Counted from the stretch's first letter, positions 39,646 through 49,714 are shown. The stretch is 64,000 bases of DNA from Candidatus Caldarchaeum sp. (GCA_038885755.1 JAVZZH010000003.1:128432-192431); one strand, 5' to 3'. The notes: generated by a model from the letters alone, not told the origin. Translations and numbers: made by a program.

Positions 39646-40604
39646 CAGAGAGGCACCTCAACCGAATCTAGGTACTCTTTTAAAATCTTCGACAGAAAGC
39701 TGTAGTCCGGTGTCTTGGACAGGCCGGAGAACTCGGGCTTTGGCTGCAAGCGATGGTTTAGAACTCTGAAGAACACTTTCTTCACGTCGTCCGGGGTTGT
39801 GTACATTCTTCCGCTGAGAGCTGCATGAGCCTTCGCTGCGTACAGCAGCGCTATTTCTGCTCTAGTGCTCGCCCCCAGCGCAAGCCGGCTATCCCTACGA
39901 CTCGTCGACACAACATCAACTATGTATTTAATCACTTCAGGCACAACAACCACGTTCCGCACCTCGTCCATGGCGGTCCTCACCGCTTCAAGGTCTACGA
40001 CTGGAGAAATCGGCACCTCCTCGCCTAAGATGTTTTTCATCTCGAGTATCATTCGTTCCTCCTCGGCAGTAGGGTAGGGCACGATCACGCGCATCATGAA
40101 CCTGTCAAGCTCAGCCTCGGGCAGGGGGAAAGTTCCCTCCAGCTCGACGGGGTTCTGGGTGGCCACCACGAGAAACGGGTCAGGCAGGCTGTGGGAAACA
40201 CCTTCAACGGTTACCTGCCTCTCCTGCATGGCTTCAAGCAGCGCAGACTGGCTTCTCGGAGGCGCTCTGTTTATCTCGTCAATCAGCACTATGTTGGCGA
40301 AGATAGGGCCCGGCCTGAACTCCAGCTCCCCAGACCTTCTGTTGAACACCAGACCGCCTATGATGTCTGACGGCAGGATGTCTGAAGTGAACTGTATCCT
40401 CTTGAACTTAAGCCCCAGAGACATGGCGAAAGATTTCGCAAGAAGTGTCTTGGCCAGACCCGGAACCCCCTCCATGATTACATGACCGCCTGTAAGGAAA
40501 GCTATCAGAAGCGATTCGATCGGCTCACCCATACCCACTATGACCCTACCGACCTCTCGCTTAACATTCCTAGCTATTGCGGAGGCAACAGTGGTTTCAT
40601 GCAT
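39645..40604 (-). CDS. MoxR-family AAA+ ATPase
   Basis: EGVPGLAKT, RIQFT, DEINRAPP, ATQNPVELEGTFPLPEAELDRF. Confidence 0.97.
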   Translation of the reverse strand: MHETTVASAIARNVKREVGRVIVGMGEPIESLLIAFLTGGHVIMEGVPGLAKTLLAKSFAMSLGLKFKRIQFTSDILPSDIIGGLVFNRRSGELEFRPGPIFANIVLIDEINRAPPRSQSALLEAMQERQVTVEGVSHSLPDPFLVVATQNPVELEGTFPLPEAELDRFMMRVIVPYPTAEEERMILEMKNILGEEVPISPVVDLEAVRTAMDEVRNVVVVPEVIKYIVDVVSTSRRDSRLALGASTRAEIALLYAAKAHAALSGRMYTTPDDVKKVFFRVLNHRLQPKPEFSGLSKTPDYSFLSKILKEYLDSVEVPL

Positions 40605-40869
40605 TCCTTCTCACGACCGTCTCAAGCTTCTTGAGAACTGATTTCCTCTCGGCGTTGATGGTTTTTCCCGCGAGTCGTTTAATGGTCTTCAAAAGTTCTT
40701 TACGCCTACCGTGCACGTGAAGCATGTAGAGCAGAGCGTAGTCGTCAAGTCCTTCGATGTTTAGGTTCGTAGGTTTCTGCCTCCTGCTCCTTTCACGGGG
40801 GGTTAGAAGGATGGCCAGTGTTCCGGCTGCTGAGAGGAGAACGACCGCCGTCAGCTGAGGCTCCAGCAT
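40597..40869 (-). CDS. Small membrane-anchored hypothetical protein
   Basis: N-terminal TM helix; operonic position. Confidence 0.6.
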   Translation of the reverse strand: MLEPQLTAVVLLSAAGTLAILLTPRERSRRQKPTNLNIEGLDDYALLYMLHVHGRRKELLKTIKRLAGKTINAERKSVLKKLETVVRRNA

Positions 40870-40871
40870 AT

Positions 40872-41315
40872 CTAAACACTCTCCAGCAGCTTGGCTAGGC
40901 TTCTGCGGAAGACCTCTATTTCATCGTTGTTTGGCTGTTTAAGGCCGTACCTTACAGGCTCGTAGACAGCATACATCTCGGTCAAGGCCTGCCTGATGTG
41001 TTCAGGTAGTTTCCCGCCCTCAATGACCTCCATGGCCGTCGAAAACCTAGGGTCGACACCGTTCATCTCGCATACTTTCTTGAAGAGGCTTGCGAAGGTC
41101 TCCGACACGGCTTTAGAAAAATCTCCCTGCTGCACAAGCTCCTCGAACCGCTCTACGTACTCAACGAGGCTAGGCTTCTTCTCAACCCTCTCTACACGAA
41201 CAGCCGACCGCTCCATCGAATACTTTATCAGAACAAGCCCTATCACGGCGATGGCTAGAAACAGGTTGACAACAACCCAGAAAGATACGTCGTAAAGGTA
41301 GGACGCCATCTTCAA
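40872..41315 (-). CDS. DUF4129-like membrane-anchored protein
   Basis: STAME...LTEMYAVYEPVRYG pattern. Confidence 0.7.
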   Translation of the reverse strand: MKMASYLYDVSFWVVVNLFLAIAVIGLVLIKYSMERSAVRVERVEKKPSLVEYVERFEELVQQGDFSKAVSETFASLFKKVCEMNGVDPRFSTAMEVIEGGKLPEHIRQALTEMYAVYEPVRYGLKQPNNDEIEVFRRSLAKLLESV

Positions 41316-42058
41316 CTCAGCCTCAGAAGCTGGTTCTCAACCCTGTAAGCAGGTATGTAGCTGTATGGAGAAATGATCACTTGAATCAGGTCTTGGACCG
41401 TTGATTCTGAAACCAGAGAAGCCCCCTCCTCGGTGGGGATCATGATGTTGAAAGGCCCTCGATAACTATCCTCGATGTTTGGCGTGTAGGCTGTTATGCT
41501 GTCGCCGTTGAATATCTTGAAGTATTGCTCAAAATTGACGTAAACTAGGTAGGGAGACCCAACGTAGTAGGTTGTGTTGAACGGGATGGTGTAGAATGCT
41601 CTTACGTGGGAGGTCTGGGATACGCTATCGATAGAGACGCTGGCCGCCTCGATCCTGAACCTCTCCTCAATGTAGAGAACCCTAAGCTCTGTGATGTAGT
41701 CTTGAATGTCGACGTCCACGCTGTAGGTGGGTAGGATGAGCTGGGGCGAGCTGATGGTGATGACATGCTTTCCCGGAGTTGTGGCGAACGTGGCGTAGCC
41801 GTTGGAGTTGGTGACGCCGGTCTTGTCGTCGAGCCTAACGATCATTCTAGCGACGGGCGCGGTGGCGGTATAAAACTCATCAATCAGCCTTGTTTTCTCA
41901 ACCCTAACCCTCAGTATGTAGGGCCTCGACGCTGACTCGCCGAAGGAAAAATCAATCACTAGGGAATTTCTCGAGAGGGGTGGAACGAGCTGGAATAGGT
42001 TAAACAGTATAATGAGCGCTGCGGCTACCAGAACAAGGCTTGCCTGCTTTCTGTCCAA
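41312..42058 (-). CDS. Secreted/membrane-anchored protein with a carboxypeptidase-regulatory-like beta domain
   Basis: N-terminal TM helix, TNSNGYATF...PGKH. Confidence 0.6.
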   Translation of the reverse strand: MDRKQASLVLVAAALIILFNLFQLVPPLSRNSLVIDFSFGESASRPYILRVRVEKTRLIDEFYTATAPVARMIVRLDDKTGVTNSNGYATFATTPGKHVITISSPQLILPTYSVDVDIQDYITELRVLYIEERFRIEAASVSIDSVSQTSHVRAFYTIPFNTTYYVGSPYLVYVNFEQYFKIFNGDSITAYTPNIEDSYRGPFNIMIPTEEGASLVSESTVQDLIQVIISPYSYIPAYRVENQLLRLS

Positions 42059-42169
42059 CCAGCTTAAACGACTGAGGCTTTGTTTTTAACTATTTCCATG
42101 ATACGTGGTAGGGCTTAACGCATCACCGGGTTCATGTATTTATATGGTTCGTTGAGTTTTTGTCTGGTA

Positions 42170-42724
42170 TTGAACGACGAGGAATCGGTCTCGGTTGCGG
42201 TAGCCAGCAGCCTGAAGCTGTTGGATGACGGGTCGGTGGTTTTCGTGGAGGGCGACCTGTCATGGTTCCAGGCTAGAGGGTACGGGGACAAGCGTCCGGA
42301 CGGCGGCTGGGGGTTCAGCCCCGTCGAAACACTCTACTTGGTCGAGAACGGCAGGGCTGAGGTCTATCGGCTCAACACACGGCTGGGGTTCAACGACCTC
42401 CTAACTTTTTTCATTCAAAAAGATGCGAACGTCTGGAGGGATTACGTCATCTACATGGACCTGCGTAAGAGACGGTACGTTGTAAAGGAGGGGTTTGGGC
42501 CTAAGCTACGGTTCAGGGTCTTCGACAGGGGCGAGTATCTTGAAAAGCCTGCAAAGTACTTGGTGATACCTCTGTACGAAGGCGAGAGCATCTACGTTGA
42601 AGAGCTTCTCGACCTTCTCAGGTCCTGCAGAGCCATGAACAAGCAGGCTGTGGTGGCTGTCCTAGACAGACGCAACGAAGTCGTCTACTACAACGCAGCC
42701 CTAGCAGACCTTCAGAACAAGTAA
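42170..42724 (+). CDS. tRNA-splicing endonuclease subunit, probably structural (non-catalytic)
   Basis: SPVETLYL, YMDLRKRRYVVKEGFG, VVYY; catalytic Tyr/His positions appear replaced (FRVFDRG, KPAKY). Confidence 0.8.
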   Translation: MNDEESVSVAVASSLKLLDDGSVVFVEGDLSWFQARGYGDKRPDGGWGFSPVETLYLVENGRAEVYRLNTRLGFNDLLTFFIQKDANVWRDYVIYMDLRKRRYVVKEGFGPKLRFRVFDRGEYLEKPAKYLVIPLYEGESIYVEELLDLLRSCRAMNKQAVVAVLDRRNEVVYYNAALADLQNK

Positions 42725-42735
42725 GATGACCTGAG

Positions 42736-43578
42736 TTGAATCTGCCGGCTTTCATACGCATAACTAGGCCTCCGAACAGCTTGATGATGTTCTTCGCCGT
42801 AATCGTGGGAATGGTTGTCTCAGACTCATACCTCCCCTCCCTTGAAACAATCATCCTAACTCTAGCAACCTCTTACGGGCTCACGAGCTCCTCGATGATT
42901 CTGAACGACTACTTCGACAGGGAGGTTGACGCAGTCAACAACCCCTCAAGACCCATACCCTCCGGCTCGGTGTCGCCCAGCTCGGCGCTAACGCTTTCTT
43001 TCATCACAGCCGGCCTAGGCCTGTCGTCAGCCCTACTCACCAGCCTTCCATGCTTCACGCTGGCTTTGACGGCTTACGGCGTTGCTGCAGCCTACAACTG
43101 GCGTTTGAAGAAGACGGGTTTTCTGGGAAACATGGCTGTGAGCTTTACGGTGGTTGCTCCGTTTCTATACGGCTCGCTGGTAGCCGGAGGCCCGATTCTC
43201 GGTAGAGTGGCTGTCTTCGCTCTGCTGGCGTTCTTGGCTAACACAGGGAGGGAGGTTGTTAAGGGGATGTCGGACGTGGCCGGCGACGCAAAGAGAGACG
43301 TGAGGACTGTGGCGAGGGTTTATGGTGTTGAAAAAGCTGCTCAGGTCGGGTCAGCGCTTTACATGGCTGCCGTGGCCTTAAGCCCGCTTCCATATCTTCT
43401 GAACCTTGTGAGCCCGTTGTATCTTTTGGTGGTCGCTGCGTCGGATGCAGGCTTCATCTACTCCAGCATCAAGCTCATCAAAAGCCCGAGCCCGGAGCAA
43501 GGAAGGAGGCAGAAGAACCTCACGCTTTTGTGGATGTTCACGGCTTTGGTAGCTTTCCTAACATCCTCCGTAGCCTAG
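42736..43578 (+). CDS. UbiA-family digeranylgeranylglyceryl phosphate synthase
   Basis: TRPPN, NDYFDREVDAVNNPSRPIPSG, REVVKGMSDVAGD. Confidence 0.9.
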   Translation: MNLPAFIRITRPPNSLMMFFAVIVGMVVSDSYLPSLETIILTLATSYGLTSSSMILNDYFDREVDAVNNPSRPIPSGSVSPSSALTLSFITAGLGLSSALLTSLPCFTLALTAYGVAAAYNWRLKKTGFLGNMAVSFTVVAPFLYGSLVAGGPILGRVAVFALLAFLANTGREVVKGMSDVAGDAKRDVRTVARVYGVEKAAQVGSALYMAAVALSPLPYLLNLVSPLYLLVVAASDAGFIYSSIKLIKSPSPEQGRRQKNLTLLWMFTALVAFLTSSVA

Positions 43579-43587
43579 TCCCCTTCC

Positions 43588-44241
43588 TCAGGCCTCGCCC
43601 AGAACCGTGCACGGGGCGCTGTCAACCTCCTCAATCAGCAGAGGTGAAACAACCACCCTCCTGTACTTGGACGGCTTGTCCAGCAAGTCCATGTCCTCGA
43701 TTATCAGGAAGCTCCGACCCCTCAACAGTATGCGGTGAGCCTCCCTCCCCTGCTCACGGTTGATGGGAGAGGAGATGGAGATCATGTCGACGCCGAGAGC
43801 CCTCAGACCGCTGAAGTTTCTCAAGAAGCTGGCCGCATCAGACGACAGGCAGGGCCCTCTCTTCATGAAGACCTCGGGCCTAGACTCTCTCAAAGCCTGG
43901 AACCCAGTCCGTATCAGCAGCAGGTCTGCAGAGGCTATCTCCCCGCCGTAGGGCCTCAGGTCGTTCTCGGTGATCAGCTCCCCCTCTTTCTTGGGCAGGT
44001 CGATTAGAAGAGGCCTGCTGAATAAAAGCTCCTCAGCGGTGTAAGATGCTATTCTCCGACCTGCTTCGTCGAAGTGGTGGGGCGCGTCTACATGCGTCCC
44101 CAAGTGGTTGAAAAGCTTCACCAAGTAGCTGTTGCTGCTGTCTCCTCTGGAGATCTGCTTGACGGGATAGAGTTCAAGCCTGGGCCCGTCGTCGTAGCAA
44201 GGCGTCATCGTGGATAACTTATGCGACAGCAAAACCCACAC
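43588..44241 (-). CDS. Cyclase-family metallohydrolase (kynurenine formamidase-like)
   Basis: HLGTHVDAPHH, GVD, H, IIE. Confidence 0.9.
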   Translation of the reverse strand: MWVLLSHKLSTMTPCYDDGPRLELYPVKQISRGDSSNSYLVKLFNHLGTHVDAPHHFDEAGRRIASYTAEELLFSRPLLIDLPKKEGELITENDLRPYGGEIASADLLLIRTGFQALRESRPEVFMKRGPCLSSDAASFLRNFSGLRALGVDMISISSPINREQGREAHRILLRGRSFLIIEDMDLLDKPSKYRRVVVSPLLIEEVDSAPCTVLGEA

Positions 44242-44288
44242 AAGCCGGACAACGAGAAACCACTATATCAAACTTTTATCATACATAA

Positions 44289-44699
44289 TCATAAAAGCCC
44301 TCTACCATTCTGCTGCAAAAAATCTGAACGACCGTGTTCACGCAGTCGAGGCCGTCTTCCGCCGATTACCGCTCAGATCGGAGGTTGCTCATCTAAAGCT
44401 TACAGGGTAGGAAAGTAGACATGATCAAGAGGAAGGACGGCGAGCACGTATCTCCCTACGTGGTCATCACCGCTCTCGACCATATACAGGGCATACGCAA
44501 GTTCCGGGTTGTTCAAAAACCCGACTACACCGTCGTCGTCGTTTTGTCAAGCAGCTTTAGGGAGAACGAACTTGTTGAGAGCATCGAAAGATGTTTGGCC
44601 GACGTTTTGAAGGGGCTGCAGGTGCGCGTCAAGCCTGTTGACGCCATCGAGCCCGGGCCAGGTATCAAGCAAAAACTAGTCGAGTCCCGAGTTGTTTGA
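44289..44699 (+). pseudogene. C-terminal remnant of a phenylacetate-CoA ligase (PaaK/CapK)-like gene
   Basis: CSRSRGRLP and LQGRKVDMIKRKDGEHVSP...FRVVQ...GIKQKLVES in shifting frames; N-terminus missing. Confidence 0.65.
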
Positions 44700-44760
44700 G
44701 GATGTTATCCTAGTATTACTCGTAATCCATCTTTAATATCAGCTGTTCGTAGGAGATCAC

Positions 44761-45804
44761 GTGGCCCCGGAGAACGTGCTTAGGCTTGGCTACTGGGCCG
44801 GCATGGAGCAATACCCGCCTGAAAGGCTTCTGGCGCACGCCATACACGCGGAAGCGGTCGGCTTCGACATCATAGTCGCGAGCGACCACTTTCATCCCTG
44901 GAGCGACACGGGGGGTCAGGCGGGGTTTCCGTGGATTTTCTGCAGCGCCGTCGCTGAGAGGACGAGGAGAGTCGAGGTAGGCACAGCGGTCACTACGCCG
45001 ATGTTCCGCTACCATCCAGCCATAGTAGCTCAAGCCTTCGCAACGCTCAACCACCTCTATCCGGGCAGAGTGTTCATCACCGTCGGCACGGGGCATGCTA
45101 TGAACGAGACGCCGCTTGGCTTCGAATGGCCTGGGTTCAGGGAGAAGGTTCAGAGGCTTAGGGAGGCCATCGAGATCATGCACCTGCTCTGGGCCGGCGA
45201 CTTCGTAAACTACGAGGGAAAATACTACCGGATAAGGACGGCCAAGCTCTACACGAGGCCCAAGACCAAGATACCGGTCTACGTCGCAACGTCCAACGCA
45301 GCCGTGGCTGAGATTGCGGGGGAGCTCTGCGACGGCATACTCACCAACCCACGTGGGTTGGAGAAATATCTCGAGATAATCGACGCATTGGAGAGGGGCG
45401 CTAGGAAGGCCGGTAAAGACCCTGCGAAGACGAGTAAATGTCTGGAGTTCAAGGTGTCCTACGACCATGACTATGAGAGGGCCTTCAGGTCGGCTCTTTT
45501 CTGGGCGCCCACAGCCATTCCGCGTGAGAAACGGGAGAAAGTCTCAGACCCAAGGGTTCTGGAAGCCATGGTGGGTGAGGCTGAGAAGCAGAAGATCAAG
45601 CAGACGTGGCTGATCACCACGGACGTCGATGACATCTTTAAGTCGCTGGCCGATTTCCTCAAGCTCGGGTTCGACAGGGTTTACATCCACAGCGCAAGCC
45701 CCAACGAGGAGCGGTTCCTAAACCTTCTCGGCAGGGACATACTTCCCTGGATGCGTGAGTTCTACGAGCAGCTCGGCCGGCCCATAAGGCCGGTGATGGA
45801 GTAG
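44761..45804 (+). CDS. F420-dependent LLM-class oxidoreductase (G6PDH/Mer-like)
   Basis: EQYPP, SDHFHPW, GTAVTTP, QAFATL, GTGHAMNE. Confidence 0.9.
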   Translation: MAPENVLRLGYWAGMEQYPPERLLAHAIHAEAVGFDIIVASDHFHPWSDTGGQAGFPWIFCSAVAERTRRVEVGTAVTTPMFRYHPAIVAQAFATLNHLYPGRVFITVGTGHAMNETPLGFEWPGFREKVQRLREAIEIMHLLWAGDFVNYEGKYYRIRTAKLYTRPKTKIPVYVATSNAAVAEIAGELCDGILTNPRGLEKYLEIIDALERGARKAGKDPAKTSKCLEFKVSYDHDYERAFRSALFWAPTAIPREKREKVSDPRVLEAMVGEAEKQKIKQTWLITTDVDDIFKSLADFLKLGFDRVYIHSASPNEERFLNLLGRDILPWMREFYEQLGRPIRPVME

Positions 45805-46968
45805 CTACGCCGTCACGCTCTGATGCCAGCGTAGGATGTATTCAGGCAGCCTGAACCCCTTGGTCTCGAGGCTCTCCACCAGAAGAATGGGCAGAGGGCT
45901 CAGGGCGAAGGCGGCGTAGATGTAAAACCTGCTGGGCCTGCCGGGCTCATGCTTCGTAGGTATCTCGAGGACGGAGTCAGCCATCGAGGCTATCGTGCTG
46001 TCGGCGTTGCCGACGACGGCGGCCAGCTGTCCTCCCATTCGTTTAAAGCTCTTACACCACGCGGCAACTATCTCGGTTTCGCCGCTGCTCGAGATGACGA
46101 TCAGCAGGTCTCCATGCCTCGGGCCCGGCGTGCTGGATTCTCTAGCCACGTAGACCTGGTCTCCGAGAGCTCGTTTAATGTGGCCAACCCTTACAGCAGT
46201 CATCCTAGCGACTTCGTAGCTGCTTCCCAGGCCCGCGAAGAAGCATGTGCTCCGTGTTTCAAGCCTCCGGGTGACGAAACCGTAGAACTCGGAGTTGATG
46301 CTCTTGTCCACAACCTTGGCTGCTTCCAGACATACTTCTTTTGCGTACTCGAGGGCCTTGGAGGGGAGAGTTTTGTCGTGGAGGGCTTCCGCCACTGCGT
46401 GCAGGAGCGCTCCGCTTCCGAGTATGAAGGTGTCCTCCATTATGCCAACGTCCCGGAAGACCTTGGCCTCCTCGGCCTCGTGAACCTCCTCCCTGCCCAT
46501 CAGCTCGAGGACGCTTCCGTACTTGGATGCTATCTTGGCCAGCGGGGAATCCACGTCGGAGGTGACCAGGTCTATCATGTAGTCTCTGTGGGCGCCGGTT
46601 TTTCCGATGTAGGACGCGAGGTTCTGAGCATCGACGAGGGGGGTCATAGACCTGCCGGATCCGGAGTTTATCAGTAGACAAACCCGGCCGAACCGCTGCT
46701 TGAGAACCGGTGCTGCGTCGCTTATCTCTCTTCCGGGGAACCCGACATCCCCACGGTCTACCACGATCTTGCCGTCCCGCATCTTAGCCATCTCGCTGGC
46801 AGCTATGCTCAAAGCCCCCTTCGACCTCCCCTCACCCAAAGGTATGATCACTCCAGCTGACTGAATGTCGTGGAGGAGGCGCTCCAGCTCGTCGAGGTTC
46901 ACGTTGCTGACGTTGTGAAAAATGCGGTTAACATACCCCAGGCTGCATACCGTCTCGGTCAAATCCAC
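45805..46968 (-). CDS. Tandem SIS-domain protein (3-hexulose-6-phosphate isomerase-like)
   Basis: GEGRS, NSGSGRS, GLGSS, ISSSGET; probable GTG start at 46968 (the longer ORF reads antisense through the tRNA). Confidence 0.75.
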   Translation of the reverse strand: MDLTETVCSLGYVNRIFHNVSNVNLDELERLLHDIQSAGVIIPLGEGRSKGALSIAASEMAKMRDGKIVVDRGDVGFPGREISDAAPVLKQRFGRVCLLINSGSGRSMTPLVDAQNLASYIGKTGAHRDYMIDLVTSDVDSPLAKIASKYGSVLELMGREEVHEAEEAKVFRDVGIMEDTFILGSGALLHAVAEALHDKTLPSKALEYAKEVCLEAAKVVDKSINSEFYGFVTRRLETRSTCFFAGLGSSYEVARMTAVRVGHIKRALGDQVYVARESSTPGPRHGDLLIVISSSGETEIVAAWCKSFKRMGGQLAAVVGNADSTIASMADSVLEIPTKHEPGRPSRFYIYAAFALSPLPILLVESLETKGFRLPEYILRWHQSVTA

Positions 46969-47084
46969 CAAACCAGACCACGACGTCCGAGGATAAAAGC
47001 ATATGCGCCACAGCGGAAATACATCCAACATCTCTCTCCCAGTACTAAGATATTTATTAACGGCTGAACAACAGACTCTGAAAA

Positions 47085-47162
47085 GCTCCGGTAGTATAGT
47101 CCGGTCAAGTATGGCGGCCTCTCGAGCCGCAGACCCGGGTTCAAATCCCGGCCGGAGCACCA
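47085..47162 (+). tRNA. tRNA-Glu(CTC)
   Basis: GCTCCGG/CCGGAGC acceptor stem, GCGGC-CT-CTC-GA-GCCGC anticodon arm, GGTTCAAATCC, encoded CCA; TTTATTAA box upstream. Confidence 0.97.
47119..47159 (+). repeat. Left att copy (3' half of tRNA-Glu)
   Basis: CTCTCGAGCCGCAGACCCGGGTTCAAATCCCGGCCGGAGCA. Confidence 0.95.
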
Positions 47163-47742
47163 AAAGAAGCCCGATTCGGGGCGGAAAACGAGACGGTCCT
47201 AGAACCGTCCCCGGGGCTGAAAGGTTTGAGCGTAAGGGACTAGGCTGAAGCGTATCGTGTGGCCGAGCGTGTAATTAGGGGCGAGACGGAAGCAGGTATT
47301 GTCTGGAATGCTGAGAAAAAGGAGAAATTCAAGCGGTGGCTCGAGGCTGAGGGTAAGAGCCATGGACTGATATCGTTACCTCAATAGGTATGTTACCACG
47401 GTAAACAGTCCTGAGGACGTCTTGGAGGTTTTCAAGCGTTGTGAAAGGGGTAAGCCGCATTTGGCAAAGGCGTTTAGGGCGCTTCTGAAATACTATGAGA
47501 TTGTAGTCGGTTTCCCTGTGAACCGCCTAGAGCAGCTTAGAAAAGCCATTCCGAAAGTAAGGGCTGGCGTGGACTGCCGCGAGGTGGACGAGAGCGCCGT
47601 GCTTGAAACCTTTAAAACCTTTAAAGGGCTTTCTGGAAAGCTGGAGAAGTACCGCCTGATCTGGCTTCTCATCCTTGACTCAGGCGTCCGGCTTTCCCAC
47701 GCTGTAGAAGCTGTGGAAAACTTCAAGCCTGAAATGCTTTGA
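47160..47742 (+). pseudogene. Int(C) fragment of a tyrosine integrase, decayed and truncated
   Basis: KEKFKRWLE, YLNRY, AKAFRALLKY, LILDSGVRLSHAV (first catalytic Arg); TAG at 47241, frameshift near 47370, no HxxR/Tyr region. Confidence 0.85.
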
Positions 47743-47892
47743 AACTTATCTGAAAAGTGGCATATTAGCATAATAGGATTGAATTGACATTGAATGGGCA
47801 GAAGATTTACAGATGAATTTCAATAAGGGCTTTAACTGTCATTTTGCTTAGTTGTCTTAAACTTATAAACAACTTGTTAGAATTGGTTATTA

Positions 47893-48762
47893 GTGAAGTC
47901 GAAGTCGATGGACGATCAAGAGGTTCAGGCGACGCTTAAGAAAAAGGAAAGGCTGAATGAGCTAGACGGGAAAACATGGGAAAGATATTCCATTAGTATA
48001 TGGGAGATTGTGAAGTCGAGAGAAGAAAGCAAACTTAAGCATCCTGCCATGTTTCCAGTGGAATTATGTCGGAGATTAATTGAAATATATACAAGGAAGG
48101 GCGATGTAGTTCTGGATCCTTTTATGGGTAGCGGCAGCGCAATAATTGCCGCTAGGGATTTGGAACGAAAGGGGATTGGTTTTGACATTAATCCGGATTT
48201 CGTCGAACTTGCGAAGAAGAGACTTTCTCAGCAGAAGCTCATACATCTTGGAGTTGAAGATCCCGATATTTTTTGTGAAGATGCTAAAAACCTTTTGAGG
48301 TATATTAAACCTAACTCTGTTGATTTAGTAATAACTTCTCCTCCATACTGGAATATCCATACAAGGAAAAGAACGGCGGACTACAAAGAGCCAAGACCGT
48401 ATTCTTCCCTAGAAAGAGACCTTGGAAACATTTCAGATTTTAATAGATTCATGGACGAGTTAAAATCCATTTTTGAAAAGGTTCATACAGTTCTGAGAGG
48501 CGGTAAACGATGTATAGTTATTGTGATGGATATTCGCCAAGGCTCCCAGTTTATTCCATTTCATATGAATATAGTCACCATGATGACGGAAATAGGGTTT
48601 ATTCTTGAAGACATAATCATTTGGGACAGGCGAAAAGAATATAGTAATTTGCGACCACTGGGTTATCCATACGTTTTCATAGTGAATAAGATCCATGAGT
48701 ATGTCCTAATATTCAGGAAGAATAGGGTTGAAGAAGTTGAAGACGAAGAAACCCTCGCTTGA
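47893..48762 (+). CDS. Amino-DNA methyltransferase (probably N4-cytosine)
   Basis: HPAMFP, VLDPFMGSGS (motif I) before TSPPYW (motif IV), IIIWD, HEYVLIFRK. Confidence 0.95.
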   Translation: MKSKSMDDQEVQATLKKKERLNELDGKTWERYSISIWEIVKSREESKLKHPAMFPVELCRRLIEIYTRKGDVVLDPFMGSGSAIIAARDLERKGIGFDINPDFVELAKKRLSQQKLIHLGVEDPDIFCEDAKNLLRYIKPNSVDLVITSPPYWNIHTRKRTADYKEPRPYSSLERDLGNISDFNRFMDELKSIFEKVHTVLRGGKRCIVIVMDIRQGSQFIPFHMNIVTMMTEIGFILEDIIIWDRRKEYSNLRPLGYPYVFIVNKIHEYVLIFRKNRVEEVEDEETLA

Positions 48763-49714
48763 CTACATTGATGAGGATGTAGCATATTTTATTGGATTAA
48801 TAACCGCTCGAGGGGAAATATCTGACCAAGGAGGCGTAAAGCGAATTTCCATAGAGTTTCCTTTTAGAAACTTAGAGGTTGAGGGAATAAAAAAGAAGAT
48901 CACCCAGAAAGATAAGATACTATTAAGCTTAGACAATGTTATAAACAGGGTTAATGAACTAGCAGATGTTAACGTCAGAAAAACTGAAAGCGAACGTTCA
49001 ATATACCTAGTTCTTGAAACATTAAAGAACACAATGTTTCTGCGGAACGTGAAGATGCTCATGAAGGGACGAAGTTCCTATTACGAATTTGAAGTCCCAG
49101 ATCAAATTTTCCAGTCAAGCGATTCCATAAAGAAGGAATTCGTTCGAGGATTTGCAGATGTAGCCGGATCCGCGAGGTGGGCAAACAGGAACAGATGGGG
49201 AAAATGCCGAGTTTACTTAGATGTTCTTAATAGTCCCTCTAATTGGCGTTTACCAGTTCAAATGTGCCATCTTTTGCAGGATCATTTGGGAATCCCCATA
49301 GATGTTATACAATGGGGACACCCTAACACTAGAGACCCAAGCCTAAAGGAATACCAAGCTGGAAGAAAAGATGCTTGGGCAAGAGAGCATCAAATAAAAA
49401 TTTTTGCAGATGATTTTGAAAAAATAGGGTTCTACATGTCTCATAAGCAAGAAATACTTGAAGAACTCGCTGAATACAACAGAGAACAAGGGTTTACAAA
49501 GGCAAATTTTTGCAATCCTCCGAAAAGAAGAAAAACTAAGCCAAGACACCCCTCTGAGGCGTCAGAAAAATTGCCTCCAGAAATCCGTGGAAAACATTAC
49601 GATTCCTACTGGCAGATTTGTGCCGATTTAGGCTGCTTTAGATACGCGAACTTTCTTGAAAGCCATAAACAGTTGACAAAATGGGTTAAATCTGAAGAGA
49701 GAGAAAAGAGGTGA
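48728..49714 (+). CDS. LAGLIDADG-fold-like protein lacking catalytic acids; putative RM specificity subunit
   Basis: VAYFIGLITARG and VPDQIF...KKEFVRGFADVAGS resemble two LAGLIDADG blocks; overlaps the MTase. Confidence 0.6.
   Translation: MKKLKTKKPSLDYIDEDVAYFIGLITARGEISDQGGVKRISIEFPFRNLEVEGIKKKITQKDKILLSLDNVINRVNELADVNVRKTESERSIYLVLETLKNTMFLRNVKMLMKGRSSYYEFEVPDQIFQSSDSIKKEFVRGFADVAGSARWANRNRWGKCRVYLDVLNSPSNWRLPVQMCHLLQDHLGIPIDVIQWGHPNTRDPSLKEYQAGRKDAWAREHQIKIFADDFEKIGFYMSHKQEILEELAEYNREQGFTKANFCNPPKRRKTKPRHPSEASEKLPPEIRGKHYDSYWQICADLGCFRYANFLESHKQLTKWVKSEEREKR

Noticed and set aside
46969-47163. N-terminal extension MVLRPGFEPGS... of the 452-aa ORF, suggesting a minus-strand integrase
   Set aside because: It is the antisense translation of tRNA-Glu; the body is an SIS protein, and the integrase halves are on the plus strand.
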